64,000 bases of DNA, taken from positions 32,765,097 to 32,829,096 of the forward strand of contig NC_092397.1 of the NCBI RefSeq assembly GCF_030028105.1, in the 5' to 3' direction. A model generated the notes under the pieces. That model was not told where the DNA came from. It worked only from the letters and a program-made list of their open reading frames with translations, and searched no databases. Both the position numbers and the translations under genes were made by a program. Shown here in pieces: positions 25,931 to 39,334 of this stretch. Each line of letters starts with the position of its first letter. The first letter of the stretch is position 1. The stretch is from Mobula birostris (lineage: Eukaryota).

Positions 25931-26059
25931 CCTGTGACAGGATGTTGTTCATTGACTATAGCTCAGTGTTTAATACCACCAATCCCACAGTCCTGATTAA
26001 TAAACTGCAGAACCTGGTCTCTCTGCAACTCGCACCTCGACTTCCTAACCGGGACACCA

Positions 26060-26760
26060 CAATCTGTGCGGATTAATGGAGACGGGCTAACCCCTATTGA
26101 CATCAGTGGATCTGGGGTTGAGACGGTAAACAGCTTTAAGTTCCTCAGCATCAGCATACCCGAGGATTTCACGCAGTCTGCACACACCAGCTGAGTGGTG
26201 AAAAAGGCACAACAGCGCCGCTTTCACCTCAGACGGGTGAGGAAGTTTGCTATGAGCCCCCAAATCCTAAGAACTTTCTACAGGGGCAAAATTGAGAACA
26301 TCCTGAATGGCTGCATCACTGCCTGGTATGGGAACTGCATCTCCGTTAATCGCAGGACTCTGCAGAGAGTGGTGCAGACAGCCCAGTGTATCTGTAGTTG
26401 TGAACTTCCCATGACTGAGGACACTTACAACAAAAGGTGTGAGAAAAGGGCCTGAAGGATCACTGGGGACCTGAGTCACTCCAACCACGATGTATTCCAG
26501 CTGCAACCATCCGGGAAACAGGACCGCAGCATAAAAGCCAGGACACACAGGCTCCGGGACAGCTTCTTCCACCAGGCCATCAGACTGATTAACTCACACT
26601 GATTTGAGTGTATTTCTATGTTACACTGGCTGTTCTATTTATTATAAATTAATATAAATTACTATGATTGTAAATTGCACATTTAGACGGAGATGTAACA
26701 AAGATTTTTACTCATGTACATGAAGGATACAAGAAATAAAGTCAATTCAAATTCAAATTA
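26060..26760 (+). mobile_element. Rex1/Babar LINE 3' fragment
   Basis: VKKAQQRRFHLRRVRKFAMSPQILRTFYRGKIENILNGCITAWYGNC; AATAAA followed by (AATTCA)n tail. Same subfamily as 46960-47640. Confidence 0.85.
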
Positions 26761-27889
26761 ATATCTCCTCCTTGCTGACAATCAACACTGACACTGGTGC
26801 ACCTCAGGGATTGTGCTTAGCCGACTGCTCCACTCCCCCTCTACCCATGACTGTGCGACTAAGCGTAGCTCAAAAGCCGTCCATAAATATGCTGGATACA
26901 ACCATTGCTGGTACAATCTCAGATGGAGAGGAGAGGACTTACAGGAGCAAGATATACCAGCTAGTTGAGTGGTGTCGCAGCAACAACCTTGTGCTTAATG
27001 TCAGTGCGACAAAAGAGCTGATTGAAGGAAAGGTAAGATGAGGGAACACAAACCAATCCTCATAGAGGGATCAGAAGTGGAGAGAGTGAACAATTTCAAG
27101 TTCCTGGATATCAATATCTCCGAGGATCTAACCTGGTCCCAACATATCGATGCAGCTACAGTAAAATGAAGGCATGACAGCAGATATGTTTCATAAGGAG
27201 TTTGAAGACATTTGATTTCTCAATTTAAAACAGACAAAACTGCTCTAGATGTATTCTATATATGTTATTTCTGTTTTTGCACTGTTTTCAATCTACAAAA
27301 TAAACATATCCATACACACACATACTGTAATTTATTTATTCTTTCTATATTATCATGTACTGCATTGAACTGCTGTTGCTACATTAACAAATTTCATGAC
27401 ACACGCCGGTGGTAATAAACCTGATTCTGGTTCTGACTCTGAATTCATCCCCACAGACGGCTGTGGCCAATTCACTGGGTATATCTAATGTGGATGTTCT
27501 TGATTATGGGAGGGGGGTTTGAGAGGGATAAGGATCAGTGATGGTCTCCTGAATGACCTGCCAGAGGAGGTGGTGGAGGCAGAAACACACAAAGTCTCTG
27601 TTCATGAACACTTCTCAGGAACCTGTCATTCACTGTGTACATCCTGTCCTGTTTAAACTTCCCAGTGCTGGGTCCATTGCTGTTTTCCATCTGTATTAAC
27701 AATCTGGATGAGAATGTGGTAAACTGGATCAGCAAGTTTGCAGATAACACCAAGATTAGGGGTGCAGTGGACAGCAAGAAAGGCTAGCAAATATTGACAT
27801 GGGACGTTGTCCAGCTGTTACAATGGCAGATGGAATTTAATGCAGACAATTATGAGGTGTGTGCAACAAAAGTTTAACGAGAGAAATGT

Positions 27890-30800
27890 GTGGTTTAAAG
27901 AGGATGAGGAAAAGCAAGAAGGCTGCGAGTGGAACGGCTCAGTATTTCCAGACCGAAGGTATTTTACTACTCGGAGTAAAGAGAGGCAAGACTGCACAGG
28001 CGCGTGACATCAGCCAGTAGAGCGGGAAAAGGTTAAAAAGAAGAGCGCCATATCCAGCGGGCAGCAGAGTGAGAGGGCTTTGGCTCAACTGGCTTAGGTG
28101 ATAATGAGGCGAGGTAGGTTTACCTGCGTTAATTGCGGAAAGGAAGTATGTGTGTGACACCAGTGTTCTGTGCTCGGTGTCAGATGTGGAAAGTTCTGGA
28201 GTCTCCCAGCTTCGTGGACGGGAATATCCACACCCGGTGTGTTGAGCTGCGGCTCCTAAGGGACCGCGTTAGGGAACGGGAGTTGCAGCTCGTTAACCTT
28301 TGTCTGGTCAGGGACAGCGACGAGGTGATAGAAGGGTGATCACACCGGGACCATAGGAGACAGACAAGTGGTTAAGAGTCAGGAGAGGGAAGGGGAAGAG
28401 TCAGGTACCAGAGAGTAGCCCTGTGGCTGTCCCCCTGAACAATAAGTACTCCTGTTTGAGAACTGTTGGGGGGGGCAGGGTGGGACAGTCTACCTGGGGG
28501 AAGCAACAGCAGCCGAGCCACCGGCACAGAGCCCGGCCCTGTGGCTCAGAAGGGTAGGGAAAGGAAGAGAAAGGCCGTAGTGATAGGGGACTCTTTAGTT
28601 AGGCACTCTGTGAATGCAGGAAAGAAACACGGATGGTAATTTGCCTCCCAGATGCCAGGGTCCAGGAAGTTTCAGATCGCGTCCAAAATATCCTGCAGTG
28701 GAATAGAGAACAGCCAGACGTCATGGTACATAATGGTACAACTGACATAGGTAGGAAAAGGGTGGAGGTCCTGAACACAGTCTACAGGGAGTTAGGAAGG
28801 AAGTTAAGAAGCAGGAGAGCAAAGGTAGTAATCTCGAGATTACTGCCTGTGCCACGGGACAGTGAGTATAGGAATAGAATGAGCTGGAGGATAAATGAGT
28901 GGCTCAGGGATTGAAGCAGGGGGCAGGGATTGGGATTTCTGGATCATTGGGACCTCTTTTGGGGCAGTTGTGACCTGTACAAAAAGGATGAGTTGCACTT
29001 GAATCCCACAGGGACCAATATCTTGGCAGGGAGGTTTGCTACTGGGGAGAGTTTAAACTAGAACTATTGGGGGGTGGGAACCGAACTGAAGAGACTGGGG
29101 AAGAGGCGGTTGGCTTACAAATAGAGAAAGCTTGGAGATGGTGTGTGAGGGAGGACAGGCAAGTGATAGAGAAGGTACGTGCTCAGACCAACGGTTTGAG
29201 ATGTGTCTATTTTAACGCAGGGAGTATTGTGAACAAAGCGGATGAGCTTAGAGCATGTATCACTACTTGGAGCTATGATGTGGTGGCCATTACAAAGACT
29301 TGGATGGCTCAGGGACAGGAATGGTTACTTCAAGTGCCAGGTTTTAGATGTTTCAGGAAGGACAGAGAGGAAGGCAAAAGAGGTGGGGGCGTGGTACTGT
29401 TGATCAGAGATAGTGTCATGCCTGCAGAAAAGGAGGACGTCATGGGAGGATTGTCTACAGAGTCTCTGTGGGTGGAGGTTAGGAACAGGAAGGGGTCAAT
29501 TACTCTACTGGGTGGTTTTCATAGGCCACCCAATAGTAACAGGGATATCGAGGAGCAGATAGGGAAAGAGATCCTGGAAACGAGTAATAACAACAGAGTT
29601 GTCGCGGTAGGAGATTTTAATTTCCCAAATATTGATTGGCATCTTCCCCGAGCAAGGGGTTTAGATAGGGTGGAGTTTGTTAGGTGTGTTCAGGAAGGTT
29701 TCTTGACACAATGTGTAGATAAGCCTACAAGAGGAGAGACTGTACTTGATTTGGTATTGGGAAATGAACCTGGTCAGGTGTCAGTTCTCTCAGCAGGACA
29801 GCATTTTAGAGATAGTGATCATAATTCTATTTCCTTTACAATAGCATTGGGAGAGATAGGAACAGACAAGTTAGAAAAGTGTTTAATTGGAGTAAGGGGA
29901 ATTATGAGGCTATCAGGCAGAAACTTGGAAGCTTAAATTGGGAACAGATGTTCTCAGGGAAAGGTACGGAAGAAATGTGGCAAACATTCAGGGGATATTC
30001 GTGTGAAGTTCTGCATAGGTACGTTCCAATGAGACAGGGAAGTTATGGTAGGGTACAGGAACCGTGGTGTACAAAGGTTGTAGTAAATCTAGTCATGAAG
30101 AAAAGAAAAGCTTACATAAGGTTAAGAGAGCTAGGTACTGTTAGAGATCTAGAAGATTGTCAGGCTAACAGGAAGGAGCTTAAGAAGGAAATTAGCAGTG
30201 CCAGAAGGGGCCATGACAAGGCCTTGGTAGGCAGGATTAAGGAAAACCCCAAGGCATTCTACAAGTATGTGAAGAGCAAGAGGATAAGACGTGAAAGAAT
30301 AGGACCTATCAAGTGTGACAGTGGGAAAGTGTGTATGGAACCGGAGGAAATAGCAGAGGTACTTAATGAATACATTACTTTAATATTCACTACAGAAAAG
30401 GATCTCGATGATTGTAGGGATGACTTGCAGCGGATTGAAAAGCTTGAGCATGTAGATATTAAGAAAGTGGATATGCTGGAGCTTTTGGAAAGCATCAGGT
30501 TGGATAAGAGGCCAGGACCAGATGATATGTACCCCAGGATACTGCGGGAGGCGAGGGAGGAGATTGCTGAGCCTCTGGCGATGATCTTTGCATCATCAAT
30601 GGGGACAGGAGAGGTTCCGGAGGACTGAGGATGTTGTTCCCTCATTCAAGAAAGGGAGTAGAGATAGCCCAGGAAATTATTGACCAGTGAGTCTTACTTC
30701 AGTGGTTGGTAAGCTGATGAAGAAGATCGTGAGAAGCAGGATTTATGAACATTTGGAGAGGTATAATATGATTAGGAATAGTCAGCATGGCTTTGTCAAG

Positions 30801-32066
30801 GGCAGGTTGTGCCTTACGAGCCTGATTGAATTTTTTGAGCATGTGACTGAACACATTGATGAAGGGAGAGCAGTAGATGTAGTGCATATGGATTTCAGCA
30901 AGGCATTTGATAAGGTACCCCATGCAAGGCTTACTGAGAAAGTAAGGAGGCATGGGATCAAAGGGGACAATGTTTTGCGGATCCAGAACTGGCTTGCCCA
31001 CAGAAGGCAAAGAGTGATTGTAAACGGGTCATATTCTGCATGGAGGTCGGTGACCAGTGGTGTGCCTCAGGGATCTGTTCTGGGACCCTTAATTTTTGTG
31101 ATTTTTATAAATGACCTGGATGAGGAAGTGGAGGGATGGGTTAGTAAGTTTGCTGATGACACAAAGGTTGGGGGTGTTGTGAATAGTGTGGAGGGCTGTC
31201 AGAGGTTACAGCGGAACATTGATAGGATGCAAAACTGGGCTGAGAAGTGGCAGATGGAGTTCAACCCAGATAAGTGTGAAGTGGTTCATTTTGGTAGGTC
31301 AAATATGATGACAACATATAGTATTAATGGTAAGACCAAGGCAGTGTAGAGGACCTGAGGGATCTTGGGGTCAGAGTCCATAGGACGTTCAAAGCAGCTG
31401 CGCAGGTTGACTATGTGGTAAAGAAGGCATACGCTTCATTGGCCTTCATCAATCGTGGAATTGAACTTAGGAGCCGAGAGGTAATGTTGCAGCTCGATAG
31501 GACCTTGGTCAGACCCACTTGGAGAACTGTGCTCAGTTCTGGTCACCTCACTACAGGAAGGATGTGGAAACCACAGAAAGGTGCAGAGGAGAATTACAAG
31601 GATGTTACCTGGATTGGGGAGCATGCCTTATGAGAATAGGTAGAATGAACTCGGCCTTTTCTCCTTGGAGCGACAGAGGATGAGAGGTGACCTGATAGAG
31701 GTGTATAAGATGATGAGAGCATTGACTCTGTGGATAGTCAGAGGATTTTTCCCAGGGCTGAAATGGCTGCCACAAGAGGGCACAGGTTTAAGGTGCTTGG
31801 GAGTAGGTACAGAGGAGATGTCAGGTTAAGTTGTTTTTTTCTCTTTATTTTAAATGCAGAGAGTGGTGAGTGTATGGAATAGGCTGCCAGCAATGGTGGT
31901 GGAGGCTGATACGATAGGGTCTTTTAAGAGACGTTTGGATAGATACACGGAGCTTAGAAAGACAGAGGGCTATGGGTAACCCTAGTAATTTCAAAGGTAG
32001 CTACATGTTTGGCACAACTTTGTGGGCGGAAGGGCCTGCATTGTGCTGTAGGTTTTCTATGTTTCC
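27890..32066 (+). mobile_element. Near full-length CR1 LINE, disabled by frameshifts and stops
   Basis: ORF1 pieces: FCARCQMW Zn-finger/zipper at 28149, SGNH esterase VIGDSLV and VHNGTTD. ORF2 pieces: APE endonuclease (VAITKTW, GDFNFP, DLVLGNEP, SDHN) and RT (DFSKAFDKVPH, GVPQGSVLGP, KFADDTK). 3' tail TTTTCTATGTTTC. Confidence 0.95.
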
Positions 32067-33099
32067 TTTCTCCCCAGAGGGAGGTTACAATCTGGAACAC
32101 AGTCTGAAGGGGTGATGCAGGCTGGTATTTAAGGAGCATCTGGATGAGCATTTGAATCACCAAGGCAGGGTAGAAGACAGACCAAGTTCTGAGTTAGTGG
32201 AGACAGATTCTCGATGGTCAGTATGGACATGCAGAAATCACTGACAGTGAAAGTGCAATGGGAACCTGAAACACAGAACTTCAGGATGGTCATACCTAAA
32301 ACATTCAGTACCCAGTATGATGGGATTGTTGTTGTACAAAGGAATTAATGGTCAAATACTGAACCAACCCCCTCAAAAGGCTACCAAAATGCTGTCATTC
32401 CCTATGCACCAGTAACAATAGTTTTATATGGGAATTTGGTGAAGTACTCTGGGTGATATTAGGAGAGATGGCTGATAGCTTGGTCACGGTGGGAGGGTGC
32501 AAATGTCTTCTCAGAGGATAAGGGGTTCAGTGGAACAAGCTCACAGTTGAGAATGAAGGTGACAAACCCCACTGCAGTGGAGGACTGCTGTGGTCAGGGT
32601 TGTACTGGATAGAAACAGACCCTCTGGCCTATCACATTTATGCTCCCCATCATGCACAGCTGTACTAATCCCACTTTCCTGCATTAGTTTCATATCCCTC
32701 TGGGCCTTGCTCACTGAAGCCCCTGTGCATGTGCCTCTAATATTGTTACACAGTTCCCTGTACGTGGCATCACAGGTAGACAGGGTTGTGTGTTCTGCTT
32801 GCCTCGACAGTCAAAGAACTGCCTCTCATTAGAATAGGACAAAACTGTTTAAAGACGGATTCAAAGGGGATCTGAGGGGTAAATATTTCACACAGAGAAT
32901 AGCTGGCATCCGGAATTAACTCCCAATACAGAGTCACTGGTTTATACAGAAATGAAACAGTCCCTTCGGTACAACTCATCCCCGCCGACCAAGTTGTCGA
33001 CCTGAACTCGGCCCATCTGCCTGCATTAGGCCCGTATCCCTCTCAACCTTTCCCATCCATGTGACTGTGCAAATATGTTTTAAATATTGTACCTGAGGC

Positions 33100-33430
33100 A
33101 GAGAGCCGGTGCAGTGAGGCGCTGACAGACACTCACTGTTCCGCGGGCAGGAAGAGGAGAGGCCGAAACCCCAACAAGTGGAGACCGACTCCACCACCCC
33201 GGACTTACCGCCCACCACGGCCCGTTCCCCGGGAAACGACGTCGCTAAAGGTGGGGCTTTGTGACGTCAGCGCGTCACGGGGTAACAATCACAACGTGTC
33301 ACGTGACAGTGACCCGGCAGCCGGGGAGGCGGGGCAGAGGGAGCTGTCAATCAGCAGAGCGGCTGAAAAACTTGCGACCATTGTAAACAGAATGGGGGGA
33401 GTGGGAGATTTCCAGGGACGTGACCCACTC
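33100..33430 (-). promoter_or_regulatory. CpG-rich promoter island with a candidate non-coding first exon (leftward)
   Basis: TGACGTCA 33262-33269, TGTCACGTGACA 33297-33308, GC box 33326-33334, CTGTCAATCA 33344-33353. Minus-strand donors GTAAGT (33208-33203) and GTGAGT (33136-33131). Confidence 0.55.
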
Positions 33431-33679
33431 CCCCATTCCCTGGAATTGAGTGTGTTATACACAGTAATATTCATATTGTAATTTAGCTCTTCGATCTTAT
33501 AAATATGTCATGTTTGTATTTTCTATATTTTTGTGTGGATAATCTTTTTATAATTTTGGATGAAATATGTTGGAACTGGATCATGATAAAAGAGCATCAC
33601 GGAAAAATATTGTCAAAGCCAAAATTTTATCCAAAGTAAGTTGTTATCACACTGCGCATATGTCACCATATTGTTCAAA

Positions 33680-35930
33680 GTTCAAATTCAAATGTATTCT
33701 CACAGACAACCCCGAGAATCTTGTTCTGCGGGCAATCTTAACAAATCTACAGAACAGTAACTGTGAACTGTAAATATGAGGAACTATAAACTGTAAACAA
33801 ATTGTGTAAATGCAGAGAAATAAATAGCAATAAATAACAAGCATGAAATAACGATATAACAGTGGTGACATGAGTGTTTTGTTCAAGACACTGATGGTTG
33901 AGGGGTAGTAACTGTTCTTGAACCTGGTGGGGCGAGTCCTGAGGTACCTGTACCTTCTACCTGATGGTAACAGTGAGAAAAGATCATTGCCTAGGTGGTG
34001 AGGATCTTTGCTGATGGACGCTGCTTTCCTATGGTAATGTTTCATGTAGATGTGCTCAGTGGTTGTGAGGGTTTTACCTGTGATATACTGGGCCGAATCC
34101 ACTACACTTTGTGGGATTTTCCACTCAAAGGCATTGGTGTTCCTATACCAGGCCGTAATGCAGCCAGTCAGCACACCTTCCACCACACATTTATATAAGT
34201 TTGCCAAGGTTTTCAATGACATGCTGAACCTCCGCAGAATCCTGAGGAAGTAGAGTGCTGTTGTGCTTTCTTCACAATTATATTTATGCGATGGGTCCAG
34301 GACAGGTCCTCTGAGTGAGTGACACACAGGAATTTAAAGTTACTGACTCTCTCCACCTCTGATCATCCTTTGATTACTAGCTCATGGACCTTTGGTTTTT
34401 CCCTCCTAAAGTGTACAATCCGTCCCTTAGTCTTACTGACATTGAGTGAGGGGTTGTTGTTAATACACCACTCAGCAAAGTTTTCAATCTCTCTCCTGTT
34501 TGCTGATTCATCACCACCTTTGATTGTGGTGTGATCAGCAAACTTGTATATGGTGTTGGAGCTGTACTCAGCTACACAGTCATAGGTGTAAAGTGAGTAG
34601 AGCTGGGGGCCAAGCACACTTCCTTGTGGTGCTCCTGTGCTGATAGAGATTGTGGAGTAGATGTTTTTGCCAATCTGAACTGACTTGGATCTGCACCTGA
34701 GAAAATCCAGGATCCAATTGCACAAGGGGGTATTGAGGCCCAGGTCTGAGAGCTTACTGATCAGCTTTGAGGGGATGATGGTGTTAAATGCTGAACTGTA
34801 ATCAATAAAGGGCATCCAGATGTTTGCATCTTTGCTCTCCAGATGTTCCAGAGTTGTGTGAAGAGACAACAAGACAGCATCTGCTGTTGCTTCGGCAGGT
34901 GAATTGGAGAGGATCCAAGTCACCATTCAGACAAGAGCTGATATGCTTCAACACCAGCCTGTCAAAACACTTCATCACTGTGGATGTAAGTGCCATTGGG
35001 TAATAGTCATTTAAACAGGTTACCACGCTCCTGTTGGCCACCGTAATAATTGAAGCTTCCTTGAAGTAGGTGGGTACCACACACTGCCAGATCAAGAGGT
35101 TGAAGATATCCATGAATACATGAGCCAGCTGGTCAGCACAGGTCTTCAGTACTCGGCCAGGTACTCCGTCCAGACTGGATGCTTTCCTTGGATTCACTCC
35201 CTTGAAGGCAGCCTGCACGTCATCTTCAGATACTGAGACCAAATGACCATCGGGAAACACGGGGGTGCTCCCTCTTCTGGTGGACAAAGTGAGCATAGGA
35301 GGCATTGAGCTCGTCTGGAAGCGAAGCTGTGCTGTCCCCTTTTATCACAAGATTTACCTTTGCAGGAGGTTCTGGCATTCAAACCCTGACACAGCTATCA
35401 AGCATCTCTCTTTTATTCCAGTCTAGCCTGGAATCTCCACTTTGCCAAAGAGATGGTTTCTGGAGATCATACCTGCACCTCTTGTAGCATTCCTGATCTC
35501 CAGACTTGAATGCCTCTGACCTGGCACTCAGCAGGTTCCTGATCTCATTGCTCATCCAGGCCTACTGATTTGGGAAAAGCCTGAATGATTTTGTGGGGAC
35601 ACACGACTCCACAGCTGTTTTAGTAAAGTCTGTAGTGACCCCGGTGTCGTCCTTCAGGTCCTGAGATGAGTTCATGAACATGGCTCAGCCTGCTGACCCA
35701 AGGCAATCCTGTAACCGTTCCTCTGCCTCCCAACACCACCCCTCGGTTATCTTGATCTCTGAAGCCTTGTTCCTTAGGCTCTGTCTGTGTGCAGGTAGGA
35801 GGAGTACAGTCAAATGATCCAAATTAACGAAATGTGGTCTTAGGAGCAAATGATAGACATTCCTTATCGTAGTGTAGCAGTGGTCCCCTGTGTTGGGACA
35901 TCTGGTGCAACAGGTTACTACTTTCAGATT
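33680..35930 (-). mobile_element. Rex1/Babar LINE, long decayed copy
   Basis: ORFs 34802-35305, 34363-34926 and 33647-34327: FIDYSSAFNTIIP, TGAPQGSVLGP, YKFADHTT, LYFLRILRRF...CITAWY. Confidence 0.9.
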
Positions 35931-36061
35931 AATTTTCTTTCAGGCATTTACAGGGAAATGAAGACAGTGGAATTTAGGAAAACTATAAACAGCAAAGACT
36001 GAACAGACAGCCAATGTGCAAAAGAAGACAAATAATGCACTAAAACATAAATATTACTGTG

Positions 36062-36152
36062 TCCTGACGAAGGGTCTGGGCCTGAAACATCGACTGCTCC
36101 TCTTCCTAGAGATGCTGCCTGGCCTGCTGCATTCACCAGCAACTTTGATGTG
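36062..36152 (+). mobile_element. 91-bp Penelope-derived insertion starting at a hammerhead motif, with a 10-bp TSD
   Basis: TATTACTGTG at 36052-36061 and 36153-36162. CTGACGA-AGGGTCTGGGCCT-GAAA-CATC-GACTG at 36064-36096. Confidence 0.75.
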
Positions 36153-36169
36153 TATTACTGTGCAATTCA

Positions 36170-37260
36170 GTTGTGGAGTACTTGAAAGTGAGTGTGCAGG
36201 ATATGCAATTAGTTCAGTGAAGATACCTACACCATTTCAAGAGCATGACTGCTGTAGGGTAACAACTCTTCCTGAACCTGGTGGTGTGGGACCTAAGGCT
36301 CCTGTACGTCCTTCCCGATGGCAGCAGTGGAAGAGAGCATGAGGTGGCTGAAGGATGTTGTTGATGATGGATGCAGCTTTCTTGTAGAAGTGCTGCTTGT
36401 AAATGTACTGAATGATGGGGAGGGCTTCGCCTGTGATGTACTGGGATGCATCCACCAGTTAGAAACATGGAAAACCTACAGCACAATACAGGCCCTTCGG
36501 CCCACGATGCCGTGCCAAACCTCTACCTATTTTAGAAATTACCTGGCATTACCCAGAGCCCTTTGTTTTTCTAAGCTCCAAGTACCTATCCAGGAGTCTG
36601 TGAAAATACTCTATTGTATCCGCCTCCACTACCTTTGCCGGTAGCCTATTCCACGCACTCACCACGCTCTGGTAAAAAAAATTACACCTGACATCTCCAC
36701 AAATTTCTTGTAGACATTTTCCTTTCCATTCCTGATCATTGTGTTTCCATATCAGGCCATGATGAAACCAGTCAGGTTACTCTCCACTCTGCATCTATAT
36801 CTGTCAAAGTTTCAGATGTCACGCTGATTACACGCAGGCAGAGTCACTGCCCTGCCTGCTTTATAGTGACACTTACTGCTAGTCCCAGGACAGACCCTCT
36901 GAAATGATAATGCTCAGAAATTTAATGTTACTGACTGTCTCCACCTCCAGTCCCCTGCTGATGACTGATCCGTGGACGTCCGGTTTCCTGCCCCTGTGGT
37001 CAGTGATCTGCTGATATTGAGTGAGAGGTTGTCGTTGTGGCACCATTCAACCAGATCACACATCTCCCTCCTGAGGGCAAATTTGTCACCACCTTTGATT
37101 CACCCAACAACAGTGGTGTCATCTGCAAACTTAAATATGTCATCGGGGTTGTACTTAGCCACACAATCACAGGTATAAAGTGAGTAGAGTCGTGGGCCAA
37201 GCACAACCTTGTGGTGCACCAGTGCTGACGGTGATTGTGGAGGAGATGTTGTTGACTTTG
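36170..37260 (-). mobile_element. Rex1/Babar fragment interrupted by an antisense CR1 3' end (~36460-36700)
   Basis: LLPSGRTYRSLRSHTTRFRKSCYP. 36460-36560 resembles the reverse complement of the CR1 3' UTR at ~31950-32066. Confidence 0.75.
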
Positions 37261-38830
37261 AATGCAAAGTCTTCATCGTGAAGGGAAATAGAAATTACAA
37301 CTGAGGAAGAAGATTACATTAAAATCAGCAAAATATAAGAATGAAAATTAGTTACTTTTCTCACAGAAATGTGAAAATAGGGGCCCGCTTGTCCATGCTG
37401 ACATTTGTCAGTCCGCAAGGAGTATTGTGAGCAATGCTGGGCCCTTTATCCAAGGAATGATGTGTTTGCATCAGAGAGGGTCCAGAGCAGGTTGACGAGA
37501 ATGACCCCGGGAATGAAAAGGTTAACATATTAGGTGCATTTGATGGCTCTGGGCCTGTACTTGCTGAAGTTCATAAGAATGAGAAGAGAGTGACATTATA
37601 ACCACTTGAGTGAACGTGGAGTGGATGTTTCCTGTAGTGGGTTCGTCCAGCACCAGATGGCACACACTCAGAGTAGAAGGATGTCTCTTCAGAAAAGAGA
37701 TAAGAAGACATTTCTTTAGCCAGAGGGTCAGGTACAAGTTCACACTCTCCCTCCCCCACAATATCCCAGTTGTCAGACCTGTGTCCAATCACGTCACCTG
37801 TATCTACCCCTTTGTAGACTCCTCACCGCTCTTCACAACTCAGTTCCCATCAGTGTTTCTGATCAGCAAGTTCAGAAATCACGGTCAGCTCTCATTTTCC
37901 CCAACTCCCTGTGATGGAGCGGCTTATCAAACGTGTCCTGGACATCTTGGTTCAGTGCATTCCTGGGACTCGTTGTCCACAGTTGGTGTTACAGCTTCAA
38001 ACACTCAAATGTATTTGTTAAACATAGAATCTCTTTCACCAGAGTCTGTTAACTTTGGCTGATGGTTTTGTAAGTTGGCAATAATTTCCTGCTTTGCTAC
38101 AGCCCCAAATGTTCTCCTAGTACAAGTGGTGAACTGGCAGGTCTGGAGTTTCCTGTTTTCTGCTTTTGCTTCAGACTGCAGAATCTGCAGTTTCTATTGT
38201 AATTTTTTACTTCTCTTCTATTTACCTATTTTTCTCCAATTTGGAGCAAAGGAGTTACTCAAAGTGCTCTTCCCTCCAGACACAGACTGGTTTGGAACCC
38301 CGTCGTTGTTTCCATCTCCTATCGTGTCTGGATTTTAGTCTCTGATACTCCAGCACTTGGGTCCTGACCGTCCTCACCCAGGTCTGCCGTCACCGACGAA
38401 GTTTATTGATACGGTTCATATGGGCCTCAGTCAGGCCATTTGGCAAATTGGATCCAGAATTAGCTTTGCAATAGGAGACAGAGTGATGGCAGAGAGTAGT
38501 TTTGTGATCAGATGCTGGTGACAAGTGTTGTTCCACATGGATCTGTTCTGTGACCTTTGCTGTTTGTGATATAACTGAGTGATTTGGGAGTGGATGTAGG
38601 AATCGTGAGCAGTAAGTTCACACTGACTGTGAGATGATGGGGTTATTGCTGGTGTGGATGGTCATCTTTGGCTAAAGTGTGACATTGATGTGTTGATGAA
38701 ATGAGCTGAGACCAAAACAAATAGATCAGTTGGTGTGAGAATTGGGATTTCCCATCAAACAACCCCAAAACTCCCACGGGGGAGATCAGAGGGATAATGT
38801 GTGTGAACACAACAGTGTAATGAAGAGAAA

Positions 38831-39177
38831 GCGACAGCCCTTTCCTCTTCCAGGTTAGTGGCTCTTAAAAGAGCATTTTGTTGTGTTTGCTGCCGAGGCC
38901 AGGCTGAGGCTCGCTTCTGGCGATGCCGCGAGCCAACTGAATATCTTTGGGCACAAGGGTGACTCGCTTGGTGTGGATGGTGCAAAGAGCCCGACCAGGT
39001 AAGCCTCGTTAATCTCCTCCAGGCCTTTGATGGTCGAGCTCTGGAAGCATAGATCGGTTTTGAAGTCCTGCCTGATCTTCTGCACCAGATGCTGGAAGGG
39101 AAGTTTGCGGATGAGCAGCTCGGTAGATTTCTGGTAGCATTGGTTCCCCGTCAGAGTCACAGTGATGGGCCGATAGC
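38831..39177 (-). pseudogene. Histone H3 pseudogene, 5'-truncated at about codon 41
   Basis: YRP...[34 protein letters not shown]...EAYLVGLF, then a deletion that shifts the frame. The stop codon is lost, the stem-loop at 38860-38875 has a terminal mismatch, and the HDE flank matches the functional H3. Confidence 0.93.
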
Positions 39178-39334
39178 TCCCCAAGAATACCCACACAGAC
39201 ACCCAGGGATATTCAGTGTTCCTTTACATTTATCAATTATTTACAGAGTCACAGTAATGGGCCGATAGTGCCCCAAGAATACGTACACAGACACCCAAGA
39301 ATATTCGGTGCTCCTTTACATTTATCAATTATTT
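39152..39334 (+). repeat. 92-bp tandem duplication spanning the H3-pseudogene/LINE junction
   Basis: cagagtcacagt(g/a)atgggccgatag...cctttacatttatcaattatt starts at 39152 and again at 39244. Confidence 0.85.
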
